From Squalus acanthias (taxonomy: Eukaryota): a DNA stretch of 64,000 bases. Below are positions 48,856 to 61,459 of the stretch, piece by piece. How positions within the stretch are numbered: the first letter of the stretch is position 1; each line of letters starts with the position of its first letter. The translations under genes and the position numbers were made by a program. Where the stretch lies: contig JASTWF010000171.1 of the NCBI GenBank assembly GCA_030390025.1, positions 496,001 through 560,000 of the forward strand, in the 5' to 3' direction. Below the pieces are notes generated by a model that saw nothing but the letters and a program-made list of their open reading frames with translations, was not told the DNA's origin and searched no databases.

Positions 48856-51800
48856 TTACATCATTAAACTAATGAAGTGGGGGTGGGAGGATTCAGGAAA
48901 GATTAAATTTAAAAGCAGCAAGAGAAATATCAAGGCTCTAAAGCAGAGTTTTGGGTAAAAATAAGCAGAGTGGGTCAGGAAGGGAGAGAGAGAGTAACAA
49001 AGGTAATAAGGCATCAGTGACTAAGGTGACATCAGGGAAACAAAGAAATGTCAAATCTAAAGGCACTATATCTGAATGTGCAAAGTATTCGCAACAAAAT
49101 AGATGTATTAATAGAGCAGATAGAAATTAACAGGTGTGATCTAATAGCCAAAACGGAGACGTGGCTACAAAGTGGCCAAGGTTGGGAACTAAATATTCCA
49201 GGATACTTCACTTTTAGAAGAGATAGGCAAAATTGAAAAGGAGGAGGGGTAGCCCTGATAATAGAAACATAGAAACATAGAAAATAGGTACAGGAGTAGA
49301 CCATTCGGTCCTTCGAGCCTGCACCGCCATTCAATGCGTTCATGGCTGAACATGCTACCTCAGTACCCCATTCCTGCTTTCTCGCCATACCCCTTGATCC
49401 CCTTAGTTGTGAGTGTTATATCTAACTCCCTTTTGAATATATTTAGCGAACTGGCCTCAACAACCTTCTGTGGAAGAGAATTCCATAGATTCACCACTCT
49501 CTGGGTGAAGAAGTTCCTCCTCAGCTCAGTCCTAAATGGCTTCCCCTTAATCCTTAGACTGTGACCCCTGGTTCTAGTTTTCCCTACCATTGGGAACATT
49601 CTGCCCGCATCTAATTTGTCTAAACCAGTCAGGATTTTAAATGTCTCTATAAGATCCCCCCTCATTCTTCTGAACTCCAGAGGATACAAGTTCAGTTGAC
49701 CCAATCTTTCTTGATATGTCAGTCCGGCCATCCCAGGAATCAATCTAGTGAACCTTCGCTGCACTCCCTCAATAGCAAGAATGTCCTTCCTTAAGTTAGG
49801 AGACCAAAACTGCGCACAATACTCCAGGTGTGGCCTCACCAAGGCCCTGTACAACTGTAGCATCACCTCCCTACTCCTGTACTCAAATCCCCTTGCTATG
49901 AAGGCCATCATTCCGTTTGCTTTCTTGACTGCCTGCTGCACTTGCATTCCCACCTTCAGTGACTGATGTACCATGACGCCCAGGTCTCGTTGCACGTCCC
50001 CTTTCCCTAATCTGCCACCATTCAGGTAATAGTCCGCCTCTCTATTTTTACCACCAAAGTGGATAACCTCACATTTATCCACATTGTACTTCATCTGCCA
50101 TACATTTGCCCATTCACCCAACCTGTCCAAGTCACTCTGTAGCCTCCTCGCATCCTCCTCATTGTTCACACTGCCTCCCAATTTAGTGTCATCCGCAAAT
50201 TTGGAGATATTACATTTAATCCCTTCGTCCAAATCATTAATATATAATGTAAACAGCTGGGGTCCCAGCACCGAACCCTGCGGTACCCCGCAGAGGGTAG
50301 GGCAGAGTATAAATCAGGAAATTACAGGCGCATGTAACAAGGGTAATACAGTGATCATGGGGGACTTTAATCTACATATAGACTGGGCAAACCAAATTTG
50401 CAGTAATAGTGTGGCGGACGAATTAATGGAATGTATGCAAGATAGTTTTCTAGATCAGTATGTTAAGGAACCAACTAGGGAACAGGCTGTTTTAGATCTA
50501 GTATTGTGCAATGAGAAAGGGTTAGTTAATAACCTTGTAGTAAAGGGGCCTTTAGGGAAGAGTGACCATGACATGATAGAATTTTAAATTGAGTTTGAAA
50601 GTGATTTAGTTAAATCTGAAACTAGGGTCTTAAATCTAAACAAAGCAAACTATGTCGGTATGAGGGGCGAGTTGGCTACGGTAGATTGGGAAACTACATT
50701 AAAAGGTATGATGGTAGACAAACAATGGCTAGCATTTAACGAATTAATACATAATTTACATCAAATATACATTTCTTTAGGGCACAAAAACCCCACAGGA
50801 AAAGTGGTCCAACCGTAGCCAACAAGAGAAGTTAAAGATAGTATTAGATCAAAGGAAGAGGCTTATAATGCTGCCAAAAGAATAGTCAGCCTGAGGATTG
50901 GGAGGATTTTAGAATTTAGCAAAGGAGGACCAAGAAATTGATAAAGAAAGGGAAAATAGAATATGAGAGTAAACTAGAGAGAGACATAAAAACAGACTGT
51001 AAAAGCTTCTATAGGTATGTTAAAAGGAAAAGATTAGCGAAAGTAAATGTGGGTCCCTTACAGGCTGAGACAGGAGAAGTTATAATGGCGAATAAGGAAA
51101 TGGCAGAGAAATTAAACAAATACTTTGTGTTAGTCTTTACAGAAGATGATGCAAAAAACTTCCCGGAAATAGTGGAGAACCAAGGCTCTAGCGAGAATGA
51201 GGAACTGAAAGAAATTAGTATTAGTAAAAAAATAGTACTGGAGAAATTAATGGGACTGAAAGCCGATAAATCCCCAGGACCTGATGGCCGACATCCTAGG
51301 GTTTTGAAAGAGGTGGCTACAGAGATAGTGGATGCATTGGTTGTCATTTTCCAGAATTCTATAGATTCTGGAACTTTTCCTGCAGATTGGAAGGTAGCAA
51401 ATGTAACCCCACTATTTAAGAAAGGAGGGAGAGGGAAAACAGGGAACTACAGACCAGTTAGCCTGACATCAGTAGTAGGGAAAATGCTAAAATCTATTAT
51501 TAAGGAAGTGGTAACAGGGCACTTAGAAAATAATAATAGGATTGGGTAGAGTCAACACGGATTTATGAAAGAGAAATCGTGTTTGACAAATCTGTTAGCA
51601 TTTTTTGAGGTTGTAACTAGCAGAATAGATAAGGGGGAACCAGTGGATGTGGTGTATTTGGATTTTCAGAAGGCATTCGATCGGGTGCCACACAAGAGAT
51701 TATTAAACAAAATTAGGGCTCATGGGATTGGGGGTAATATACTAGCATGGACTGAGGATTGGTTAACGGACAGAAAACAGAGAGTAGGAATAAACGGGTC

Positions 51801-52842
51801 ATTTTCGGGTTGGCAGGCTGTAACTAGTGGGGTACCGCAAGGATCAGTGCTTGGGCCTCAGCTATTCACAATCTACATCAAAGATTTGGATGAGGGGACC
51901 ATATGTAATATATCCAAGTTTGCTGATGATACAAAGCTGGGTGGGAATGTAAGTTGTGAGGAGGATGCAAGGAGGCTTCAAGGGGATATAGACAGGCTAA
52001 GTGAGTGGGCTAGAACATGGCAAATGGAATATAATGTGGAGAAATATGAAGTTATCCACTTTGGTAGGAAAAATAAAAAAGCAGAATATTGTTTAAATGG
52101 AGAGAGATTGGGAAATGTTGGTGTTCAGAGGGACCTGGGTGTCCTTGTACACGAATCACTGAAAGTTAACATGCAGGTACAGCAAGCAATTAGGAAAGCA
52201 AATGGTATATTGGCCTTTATTACAAGAGGATTTGAGTATAAGAGTAAAGACGTCTTACTGCAATTATATTGGGCCCTGGTGAGACCACACCTGGAGTATT
52301 GTGTACAGTTTTGGTCTCCTTACCTAAGGAAGGATATACTTGCCATAGAGGGAGTGCAACGAAGATTCACCAGACTGGTTCCTGGGATAGGGGGATCGTT
52401 CCTATGAGGAGAGATGGAGCAGACGAGGCCTATATTCTCTAGAGTTTAGAAGAATGAGAGGTGATCTCATTGAAACATACAAAATTCTTACAGGGTTTGT
52501 CAGGGTAGATGCAGGGAGGATGTTTCCCCTGGCTGGGGAGTCCAGAACCAGGGGTCACAGTCTCAGAATAAGGGTCGTCCATTTAGGACTGAGAGGAGGA
52601 GAAATTTCTTCACTCAGAGGGTGGTGAATCTTTGGAATTCTCTACCCCAGAGGGCTGTGGAGGCTCAGTCATTGAGTATATTCAAGACAGAGATCCATAG
52701 ATTTTTGAATATTAAGGGAATCAAGGGATATGGGGATAGGGCAGGAAAGTGGAGATGAGGTAGAAGATCAGCCATGATCTTATTAAATGGCGGAGCAGGC
52801 TCGAAGGGCTGAATGGCCTCCTCCTCCTCCTATTTCTTGTGC
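48856..52842 (+). mobile_element. CR1 LINE ORF2 (APE and RT), same family as 1696-5421, multiple stops, interrupted by an antisense CR1
   Basis: LKALYLNVQS, GDFN, SDH, NYRPVSLTS, GVPQGSVLGP, KFADD and a 3' tail at 52790-52842. Confidence 0.93.
49261..50290 (-). mobile_element. Young 5'-truncated CR1 nested antisense in the previous element
   Basis: Open 303-aa RT C-terminus (49360-50271) and (atagaaac)n tail. Confidence 0.93.
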
Positions 52843-53151
52843 ATAGCATGGGTTAGATGTAGAGTAAAGCACCCATCAAACACTCCCAGGTCAGGTATAG
52901 CACAGGTTAGATACAGAGTAAATATCCCTCAACACTGTCCCATCAAATACTCCCAGGACAGGTGAAGCATGGGTTAGATACAGAGTAAGGGTCCCTCTAC
53001 ACTGTCCCATCAAACACTCCCAGGACAGGTGAAGCATGGGTTAGATATGGCGTAAATTTCTGTCTACACTGTCCGATCAAAAATTCTCAGGTCAGGTATA
53101 GCACGGGTTAGAACAGTGTAAAGTTCCCTGTACACTGTCCTATCAAATAGT
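52843..53151. repeat. 67-bp satellite array, continued
   Basis: About 4.5 monomers. Confidence 0.88.
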
Positions 53152-55587
53152 GAGAGGTCGCACAACACCAGGTTATGGTCCAACAGTTTTATTTGAAATC
53201 ACAAGCTTTTGGAGCTATCGATTGCTCCTTCCTCAGGTGAAGTAAATTAGATACAGAATCGCCAAAGCATATATAGATAGAAAACAAAGCATGTGCACTT
53301 TACAATTGCAGACCAATAAATTAAATCATCCTGACTATCTGCCGAGGTGTGATAAAGTTAATTAAGTCAGCCAGGAAGGTACCACATCAAAGACATAGCA
53401 AGATACAACTGAGACAATGAGGTGTAGTCGCAGGGGTTCTAACGTGTCAAAAGCTGCCGTCTGTATGTAAAACGAAAAGCTTTAAAAAAAATTTACTTTT
53501 TTACTGGGAAAATTTTTACTTTTTTACTGGGAATCACATCTGTGAACAAGCTAACAACGACTCGAGTCCGGATCACGTCATGTATCGTGACATAAACCCA
53601 AGATCCCGATTGAGACCGTCTTCATGAGTGCGGAACTTGGCCATCAGTTTCTGCTCGATGATTTTGCGTTGTCGTGTGTTTCTAAGGTTGCCTTGGAGAA
53701 CGCTTACCCGCAGATCCGAGGCTGAATGTCCTTGACTGCTGAAGTGTTCCCCGACTGGGAGGTAACAATCCTGCCTGGCGATTGTTGCGCGGTGCTCGTT
53801 CATACGTTGTCTCAGTGTCTGCATGGTCTCGCCGATGTACCATGCCGAGGCCAACGTTGTCTACCTCATACGTTGCAGGAAAGAACTTGACCACAATGTC
53901 TTCACCTTCGACAACCATTTTTTTACCCAAACACACGGAACAGCCATGGGGACCAAATTCGCACCCCAATACGCCAACATCTTCATGCACAAGTTCGAGC
54001 AAGACTTATTCGCTGCACAGGACCTCCAGCCAACGCTGTACACCAGATACATCGACGACATTTTCTTCCTTTGGACCCATGGCGAAGGATCACTGAAAAG
54101 ACTACACGATAACATAAACAAGTTCCATCCCACCATCAAACTCACCATGGACTACTCCTCAGAATCGGTCTCATTCCTGGACACACGAATCTCCATCAAA
54201 GACGGACACCTCAGCACTTCACTCTACCGCAAGCCCACGGACAACCTCACGATGCTCCACTTCTCCAGCTTCCACCCTAACCATGTTAAAGAAGCCATCC
54301 CCTATGGACAAGCCCTGCGAATACACAGGATCTGCTCAGACGAGGAGGAACGCGATGGACACCTACGGACGCTGAAAAACACCCTCGTAAGAACGGGATA
54401 TGACGCTCGACTCATCGATCGACAGTTCCGACGGGCCACAGCGAAAAATCGCATAGACCTCCTCAGAAGGCAAACACGGGACACAACCAACAGGGTACCC
54501 TACGTCGTCCAGTACTTCCCCGGAGCGGAGAAACTACGCCATGTTCTTCGCAGCCTTCAACATGTCATCGATGACGACAAACACCTCGCTAAGGCCATCC
54601 CCACGCCTCCACTACTTGCCTTCAAACAGCCGCCTAACCTCAGAAGTACCATCGTTCGCAGCAAATTACCCAGCTTTCAGGATAACAGCGACCACGACAC
54701 CACACAACCCTGCCATGGCAAACTCTGCAAGACATGCCAGATCATCAACACAGATACCACCATCACACGTGAGGACACTACCCACCAGGTACATGGTACA
54801 TACTCATGTGACTCGGCCAACGTTGTCTACCTCATACGTTGCAGGAAAGAATGCACCGCGGCATGGTACATCGGCGAGACCATGCAGACACTGAGACAAC
54901 GTATGAACGAGCACCGCGCAACAATCGCCAGGCAGGATTGTTACCTCCCAGTCGGGGAACACTTCAGCAGTCAAGGACATTCAGCCTCGGATCTGCGGGC
55001 AAGCGTTCTCCAAGGCAACCTTAGAAACACACGACAACGCAAAATCATCGAGCAGAAACTGATAGCCAAGTTCCGCACTCATGAAGACGGTCTCAATCGG
55101 GATCTTGGGTTTATGTCACGATACATGACGTGATCCGGACTCGAGTCGTCGTTAGCTTGTTCACAGATGTGATTCCCAGTAAAAAAGTAAAAATTTTCCT
55201 AGTAAAAATTTTTTAAAGCTTTTCGTTTTACATACAGACGGCAGCTTTTGACACGTTAGAACCCCTGCGACTACACCTCATTGTCTCAGTTGTATCTTGC
55301 TATGTCTTTGATGTGGTACCTTCCTGGCTGACTTAATTAACTTTATCACACCTCGGCAGATAGTCAGGATGATTTAATTTATTGGTCTGCAATTGTAAAG
55401 TACACATGCTTTGTTTTCTATCTATATAAGCTTTGGCGATTCTGTATCTAATTTACTTCACCTGAGGAAGGAGCAATCGATAGCTCCGAAAGCTTGTGAT
55501 TTCAAATAAAACTGTTGGACTATAACCTGGTGTTGTGCGACCTCTCAATTTTGTCCACCCCAGTCCAACACCGGCATCTCCGCATCA
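53152..55587 (+). mobile_element. Young Penelope-like element with an inverted 3' duplication and 12-bp TSD ctatcaaatagt
   Basis: Open reading 53886-55133 with GTAMGTKFAPQYAN, RYIDD and VVYLIRC/WYIGET (GIY-YIG); 53152-53847 is the reverse complement of 54859-55546; TSD at 53140-53151 and 55588-55599. Confidence 0.95.
55458..55499 (+). ncRNA. Minimal hammerhead ribozyme in the Penelope 3' end
   Basis: tcac-CTGAGGA-a-ggagc(aatcgata)gctcc-GAAA-gc-TT-gtga. Confidence 0.75.
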
Positions 55588-56269
55588 CTATCAAATAGTC
55601 CCAGGGAAGGTACAGCATGTGTTAGATACAGAGAATATCTCCGTCTACACTGTCCCATCAAAAATTCCCAGGTCAGGTGCAGCACGGGTTAGATACAGTG
55701 TAAAGCACCCTGTACACAGTCGCATGAAACACTCCCCAGTCAGGTATCGCACAGGTTAGGTATAGTGTAAATATCCCTCTACACTGAACCATCATACACG
55801 CTCAGGTGAGGTATAGCACAGGTAAGATACAAAGTAAAGTTCTCTCTGCAGCATCTAAATCAAACACTCCCAAGTCAGGTACAGCCTGGGTTAGATCAGA
55901 GTATAGCTCCCTCTACACTGTCCCATCAAACACTTCCAAGTCGGGTATAGCACGGGTTAGCTACAGAGTAAAGCTCCCTCTACACTGTCCCACCATACAG
56001 TCCCAGTGCAGGTATAGCACAGGTTAGATACGGCGTAGATTTCGGTCTACACTGTCCCATCAAAAATTCTCAGGTCAGGTATAGCAAGGGTTAGAACAGT
56101 GTAAGGTTCCCTGTACACAGTCCCATCAAACAATCCCAGGGCAGGTACAGCACAGGTTAGATAAAGAGTAAAGCTCCCTCTATACAGTCCTATCAAATAC
56201 TCCCAGGTCAGCTATAGCACGGGTTAGGTATAGTGTAAATAACCCTCTAACACTGTCCTATCAAACAGT
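55588..56269. repeat. 67-bp satellite array, continued
   Basis: About 10 monomers. Confidence 0.88.
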
Positions 56270-56731
56270 TTTGAGAGGTCGCACAACACCAGGTTATAGT
56301 CCAACAGTTTTATTTTAAATCACAAGCTTTCGGAGTTACAACTCCTTCGTCGGGTGAAGTGAGGAGATACAGAATCGTCAAAGCATATATAGATAGAGAA
56401 CAATGCATGTGTAACTTACAATTGCAGACATCTAAATTCAATCATCCTGACTGTTTATCTGCCGAGGTGTGATAAAGTTAATCAGGTCAGCCAGGAAGGT
56501 ACCACATCAAAGACATAGCAACGGCAGATAAACAGTCAGGATGATTGAATTTAGATGTCTGCAATTGTAAGTTACACATGCTTTGACGATTCTGTATCTC
56601 CTCACTTCACCCGACGAAGGAGTTGTAACTCCGAAAGCTTGTGATTTAAAATAAACTGTTGGACTATAACCTGGTGTTGTGCGACCTCTCAATTTTGTCC
56701 ACCCCAGTCCAACACCGGCATCTCCGCATCA
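56270..56731. mobile_element. Non-coding palindromic mini-Penelope with 12-bp TSD ctatcaaacagt and a hammerhead-like motif in each arm
   Basis: About 56271-56460 is inverted relative to 56525-56692; TSD at 56258-56269 and 56732-56743; motifs at 56320-56357 (-) and 56607-56644 (+) with core CCGACGA. Confidence 0.88.
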
Positions 56732-56990
56732 CTATCAAACAGTCCCAGGGAAGGTACAGCACGGGTTAGATGCAGAGTAAAGCTCCCTCTACATCGTTGC
56801 ATCAATAACTCTCCAGGTCAGGTAGAGCACGGGTTAGATAGAGTGAAAAGATCCCACTACACAGTCCCATCAAACTGTTCCAGGGCAGGTACAGCACGGG
56901 TTGAATACAGAGTGAAGCTCCCTCTACACTGTCCCATCAAACAGTCGCAGAGCACGGGTTAGATACAGAGTAAAGCTCCCTCTAAAATTA
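56732..56990. repeat. 67-bp satellite array, end
   Basis: About 4 monomers. Confidence 0.85.
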
Positions 56991-58600
56991 GTTCACCAAG
57001 AACAGCCAACTCAGATACAGAATGTGTTCAGTGCAGTGTACAGCTCCCTTTACACTACCCAATGAAGCACACCAGCTCAGGCACAGCATGGGATCAATAC
57101 AGAATAAAAATCCCTCTACATGTAGGTGTCAAACACTCCCAGGTGAGGTGCGGGCAAGGTTTATGTACGAGGTAAGCTCCGGTCAAATGCCGCATCAAAG
57201 TCCAAGCCTTATGACAGATGTTGAACAGCTCCCAGTATCTGGTTAGACTCTCAGCTCTGAATCCTGAACTAATGGGATTCTCAGTAGAGTTCCTTACCTT
57301 TCCAATCATTGGAGAAGCTTCCCGTTTTATCCTGTCATCGACACTGGAGGTCTTGTCCCACCAGATCTGCTCTGTGAACCCAGTGACATTTCTCCAGTTC
57401 CAGTTAGTGTGGTGATGATTCGACTTCTCTCTCTCCACCTTCCAGAAATATTGCTCACTCAAGAAACTGGTAATATAAAAATGATTATTAATTTTACAAT
57501 CTGTAACTGGAATACAGTGGGACTGTTTTTGTGACTATGATCAGTTCAATATATTTACAATTAATGGCATTTGGTTGAATTACTTACTTTACTGTTAAAT
57601 TGTTCTTTTCTTTCCTTCCCCTATTTACAGGGACTAAACTCACTCGCCAGACTGCTGCCGACTCCAGCTCCTCCCACAGTGACATCCCGCTGATGTGTAA
57701 CCAGGGGCGTAAACCTGTCTCCAGGTGACATCACAAAGGAGCCACAAGCCAATCACAACAGCAGCCAGGAACGATGTCACAAAGCAGCCCAAGCCCCTCC
57801 CAGTCCATGTATTACCAGGTCACATGACCACACCCTGCTCCTGGTGTACAGTCTCACTGGGCATGATCGCAGGTTGTACAATCAGTCCGGTCTCCGAACC
57901 CGCTCCCATGTACTGAGACACCAGGCAGGGAGCACAGACTCCCAAAATTACCCCTTACGAATTCTCCCTCCCATTCTCCAAATATGAGGACCCACGATTC
58001 AATGGCCCCCATGTCCACCTCTTGCTTTATACTCTTCCAAGTCTCCCCTCTCTTTATATCAGGCACCGTGCCTCCCAACAGCTTCGACAGTGAGAATCAA
58101 TTTGAGAGAATGGTGTTGGGATAAGGCAGGGGTTAAGCAACCTCTGTTTTCTGAAACAGTCTATTCTCTGTAACAGGTACAGGCGTCAAAAGCCGTAAGA
58201 GGAGCGATCATCGGGGTTATCAAGTGTTGGGACCATCAGAGAAATAATTGGAGAGGACATCATGGGCAATCATGAGATAGCTCCCTCTACACTGTCCCAT
58301 CAAACACTCCCAGGTCAGGTACAGCATGGGTTGGATACAGTCTAAAAGCTCTCTCTAAATTGGTTCACCAAGCACAGCCAAAGTTTACATACAAGTTAAG
58401 CTTCGGTCAACTGGCTGCATCAAAGGCTATGCCTGATGGCAGATGTTGAACAGCTCCCAGTAGCTGGTTAGACTCTCACCTCAGCAAAACCCTGGACTAA
58501 TGGGATTCTCAGTAGAGTTCCTCACCTTTACAATTATTGTTGAAGCTTCCTGTTTTATCCCGTCTCCGACACTGGGGGTCTTGTCCCACCAGATCTGCTG
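56950..58600. repeat. Diverged local duplication of 47113-48445 in permuted order
   Basis: 56950-57805 matches 47580-48445; 57926-58320 matches 47113-47510; 58320-58598 is a third partial copy. Confidence 0.85.
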
Positions 58601-59090
58601 CTGGAAGCATCTTCTCCATGTCTGCTCTATCGAATCCCTTCAGGATTTTAAAGACCTCTAAAAGGGCTCCTCTCAGTCTTTCTGGAGAAAAGAGCCCCAG
58701 TCTGCTCAGTCATTCCTGAGAGTTATAACCTCTCCGGTCTGGGATCATACTTTTGAATCGGTTTTGTCCTTTCTCCAGTGCCTCTACTTCCTTCTTATAA
58801 TATGAACCATAACTGTGCACCGAACGCTAAATGTGATCTAACCAAGGTTCAATACAAGTCTAACATAACCTCTCTGCTTTAGAATTCTATTCCTCTAGAA
58901 ATGAATCCCAGTGCTTTGTTTGCACTTTGTGTGGCTTTGTTAACTTGCGCTGCTACTTTTACTGATCTGTGAGTGTTTACTTTAGATCTTTTTGCTGCTC
59001 TACCCCATTTAGACTCTTATTTTCCAAGCAGTATGTGACCTCCTTATTCCTCAAACTAAAATATACCAGCTCACTTTTATTTATGTTGAA
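58600..59090 (-). mobile_element. Degenerate CR1 fragment
   Basis: Antisense similarity to CR1 RT C-terminal DNA elsewhere in the window. Confidence 0.65.
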
Positions 59091-59854
59091 ATAGATATTT
59101 GGCAACTGAGAGGAAAATTCACACTAGTGAGATGGTAAATCTGCACTTATGAGCGGGTTTGGGATCTCCTTGAGCACAATGCACAGAGGAAATCGTCTCC
59201 TGGGTTAGAATTAGGTTCATACAGAAAGACAATTCTAGGATCTAAAATTAAGCAATGCAATTTAATATTGCAGAGAATTTCCAGCCATGTTTAAAACTCG
59301 GGTTGCTGATATTACTGCTGTCCTGACACACGCCTCGAGCTTTTGTTTGCTCCTCAGGGTCAGAGAGCAAAGAGCAAATGGGGTCCCGGAGACAGTTCAC
59401 GATGGGGTCACTGCGGATCCAGGGGCAGCAGCTCCCTTGTGCAATGGATTCGAGTCTTTGCACATTCTGCAAAACTCTCAGTCGGCGCCATGTATATCGC
59501 ACTTAGGACCTTTCTATAACCCCACACCTAACAACTGTAACCCGCATCAGGCCGCCTTCTACTTCCCAGATACACAAACTCCATGACACAGTCCCACATT
59601 CTCACCTCCCTTTTACAGCAGCTTTGTACGAGACGTTTTTCAATCTCCAGCACAATTACCCCTTTATTTGATCTTTCGATGAATGCTTTCTAAATCTGGG
59701 GACAGTGCTGCAAACCCTGAATTGTGGAGCCTGGTTAAACATTGTGCAGCACAAGTACATCAAATCTGAGGGTTGCAGAGAGTCAGCTGTACAGTAAATA
59801 GAGAAGCGATTCCAGGTCTGTCTCCCAGCACTGGGCAAATCCAGGCAGCTCAGC

Positions 59855-60960
59855 AACAACTTGGATTTATTTAGCTCCTTTAACGTCGTAAAACGCCTCA
59901 AGGTTCTTCACAGGAGTGTATACCGAGCCTCATCAGGAGATTTTAGGACAGAGACTAAAAGCTTGGTCGAAGAGGCGGGTTTTAAGGAGCGTCTTAAAGG
60001 AGGAGAGAGAGGTAGAGAGGCGGAGAGGTTTAGGGAGCGAATTCCAGAGCTCAGGGCCTTGGCAGCTGAAGGCACGGCTGCCAATGGTGGAGCGATTAAA
60101 ATCGGGGAAGCTCAAGAGGCCAGAATTGGAGGAGTGCAGAGATCTCGGAGGGTTGTAGGGCTGGGAGGGGCGAGGTCATGGAGAGATTTGAAAACAAGGA
60201 TGAGAATTTTAAAATCGAGGGATTGCTGGACCGGGAGCCAATGTAGGTCAGCAAGCACAGGGATGATGGGTGAACGGGATTTGGTGCACATTAGATATGG
60301 GCAGCAGAGTTTTGGATGAATTCAAGATTATGTGGGGTGGAAGATGGGAGCCCAGCATTGGAATAGTCAAGTCTAGAGATGACAAGGCACGGATGAGGGT
60401 TTCAGCAGCGGATGAGATGATGCGGGGTGGAGTCGGGCGATGTTACGGAGCTGGGAGTAGGTGGTCTTAGTGATGGTGTGGATATGTGGTCGGAAGCTCA
60501 TCTCGGGGTCAAATAGGTCACCAGGGTTGTGAACGGTCTGGTTCAGCCTCAGACAGTTGCCGGGGAGAGGGATGGAGTCGGTGGCGAGCGAACGGAGTTT
60601 GTGGCGGGGCTCGAAGTCAATGTCTTCGGTCTTCACAATATTTAGTTGGAGGAAATTTCTGCTCATCCAATACTGGATGTCGGACAGTCTGACAATTTAG
60701 AGACTGTGGAGGGGTCGGGAGAGGTGGTGGTGAGGTAAAGCTGGGTGTCGTCAGCGTACATGTGGCACCTGATGTGTTTTCGGACGATGTTGCCGAGGGG
60801 CAGCATGTAGATGAGAAATAGAAGGAGGCCAAAGATAGATCCTTGGGAGACTCCAGAAGTAACGGTGCAGGAGCAGGAAGAAGAGCCATTGCAGGTGATT
60901 CTCTGTCTACGACTGGATAGATAAGAATGGAACCAGGCGAGTGCAGTCCCACCCAGATAG
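59855..60960 (-). mobile_element. L2-type LINE 3' fragment
   Basis: HMYADDTQLY near 60735-60765, GSRAFSCQGPELWNSLP, FKTLLKTRLF and an L2-like tail. Confidence 0.88.
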
Positions 60961-61142
60961 TTCCCGTCTCTCAGGACCCCTTGCTGCAGGGACTTTCAAA
61001 CAACATTTGATACTACAACACGAGAAGGAGGAAAAAGTGGCAGAAAATAAATAAATATTAAAATTTACAGTGTACCCAAAGTGAAAGGAAGTGTTTGAAA
61101 TCAAGAGGTCCAATACTGCAAGTAAATGTGGACATTTTATTT

Positions 61143-61456
61143 GCACTGTCAGAGGGGCAGTACTGAGGGAGCACTGCACTGTCAGATGGGCAGTACTGAG
61201 GAAGAGCTGCACTGTCGGAGGGGGCAGTACTGAGGGAGCACTGCACTGTCAGATGGGCAGTACTGAGGGAGAGCTGCACTGTCAGAGGGGCAGTACTGAG
61301 GGAGCGCTGCACTGTCAGAGGGGCAGTACTGAGGGAGAGCTGCACTGTCGGAGAGGCAGTACTGAGGGAGCGATGCCCTGTCAGAGGGGCAGTACTGAGG
61401 GAGTGCTGCACTGTCAGAGGGGCAGTACTGAGGGAGCGCTGCACTGTCAGAGGGGC
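61143..61456. repeat. 33-bp minisatellite derived from a SINE segment, about 9.5 copies
   Basis: gcactgtcagaggggcagtactgagggagcact resembles 44348-44382 of the DeuSINE. Confidence 0.88.
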
Positions 61457-61459
61457 TGT

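Noticed and set aside
59100-59850. Unique-looking sequence with short ORFs
   Set aside because: No recognisable homology or convincing exon structure by eye
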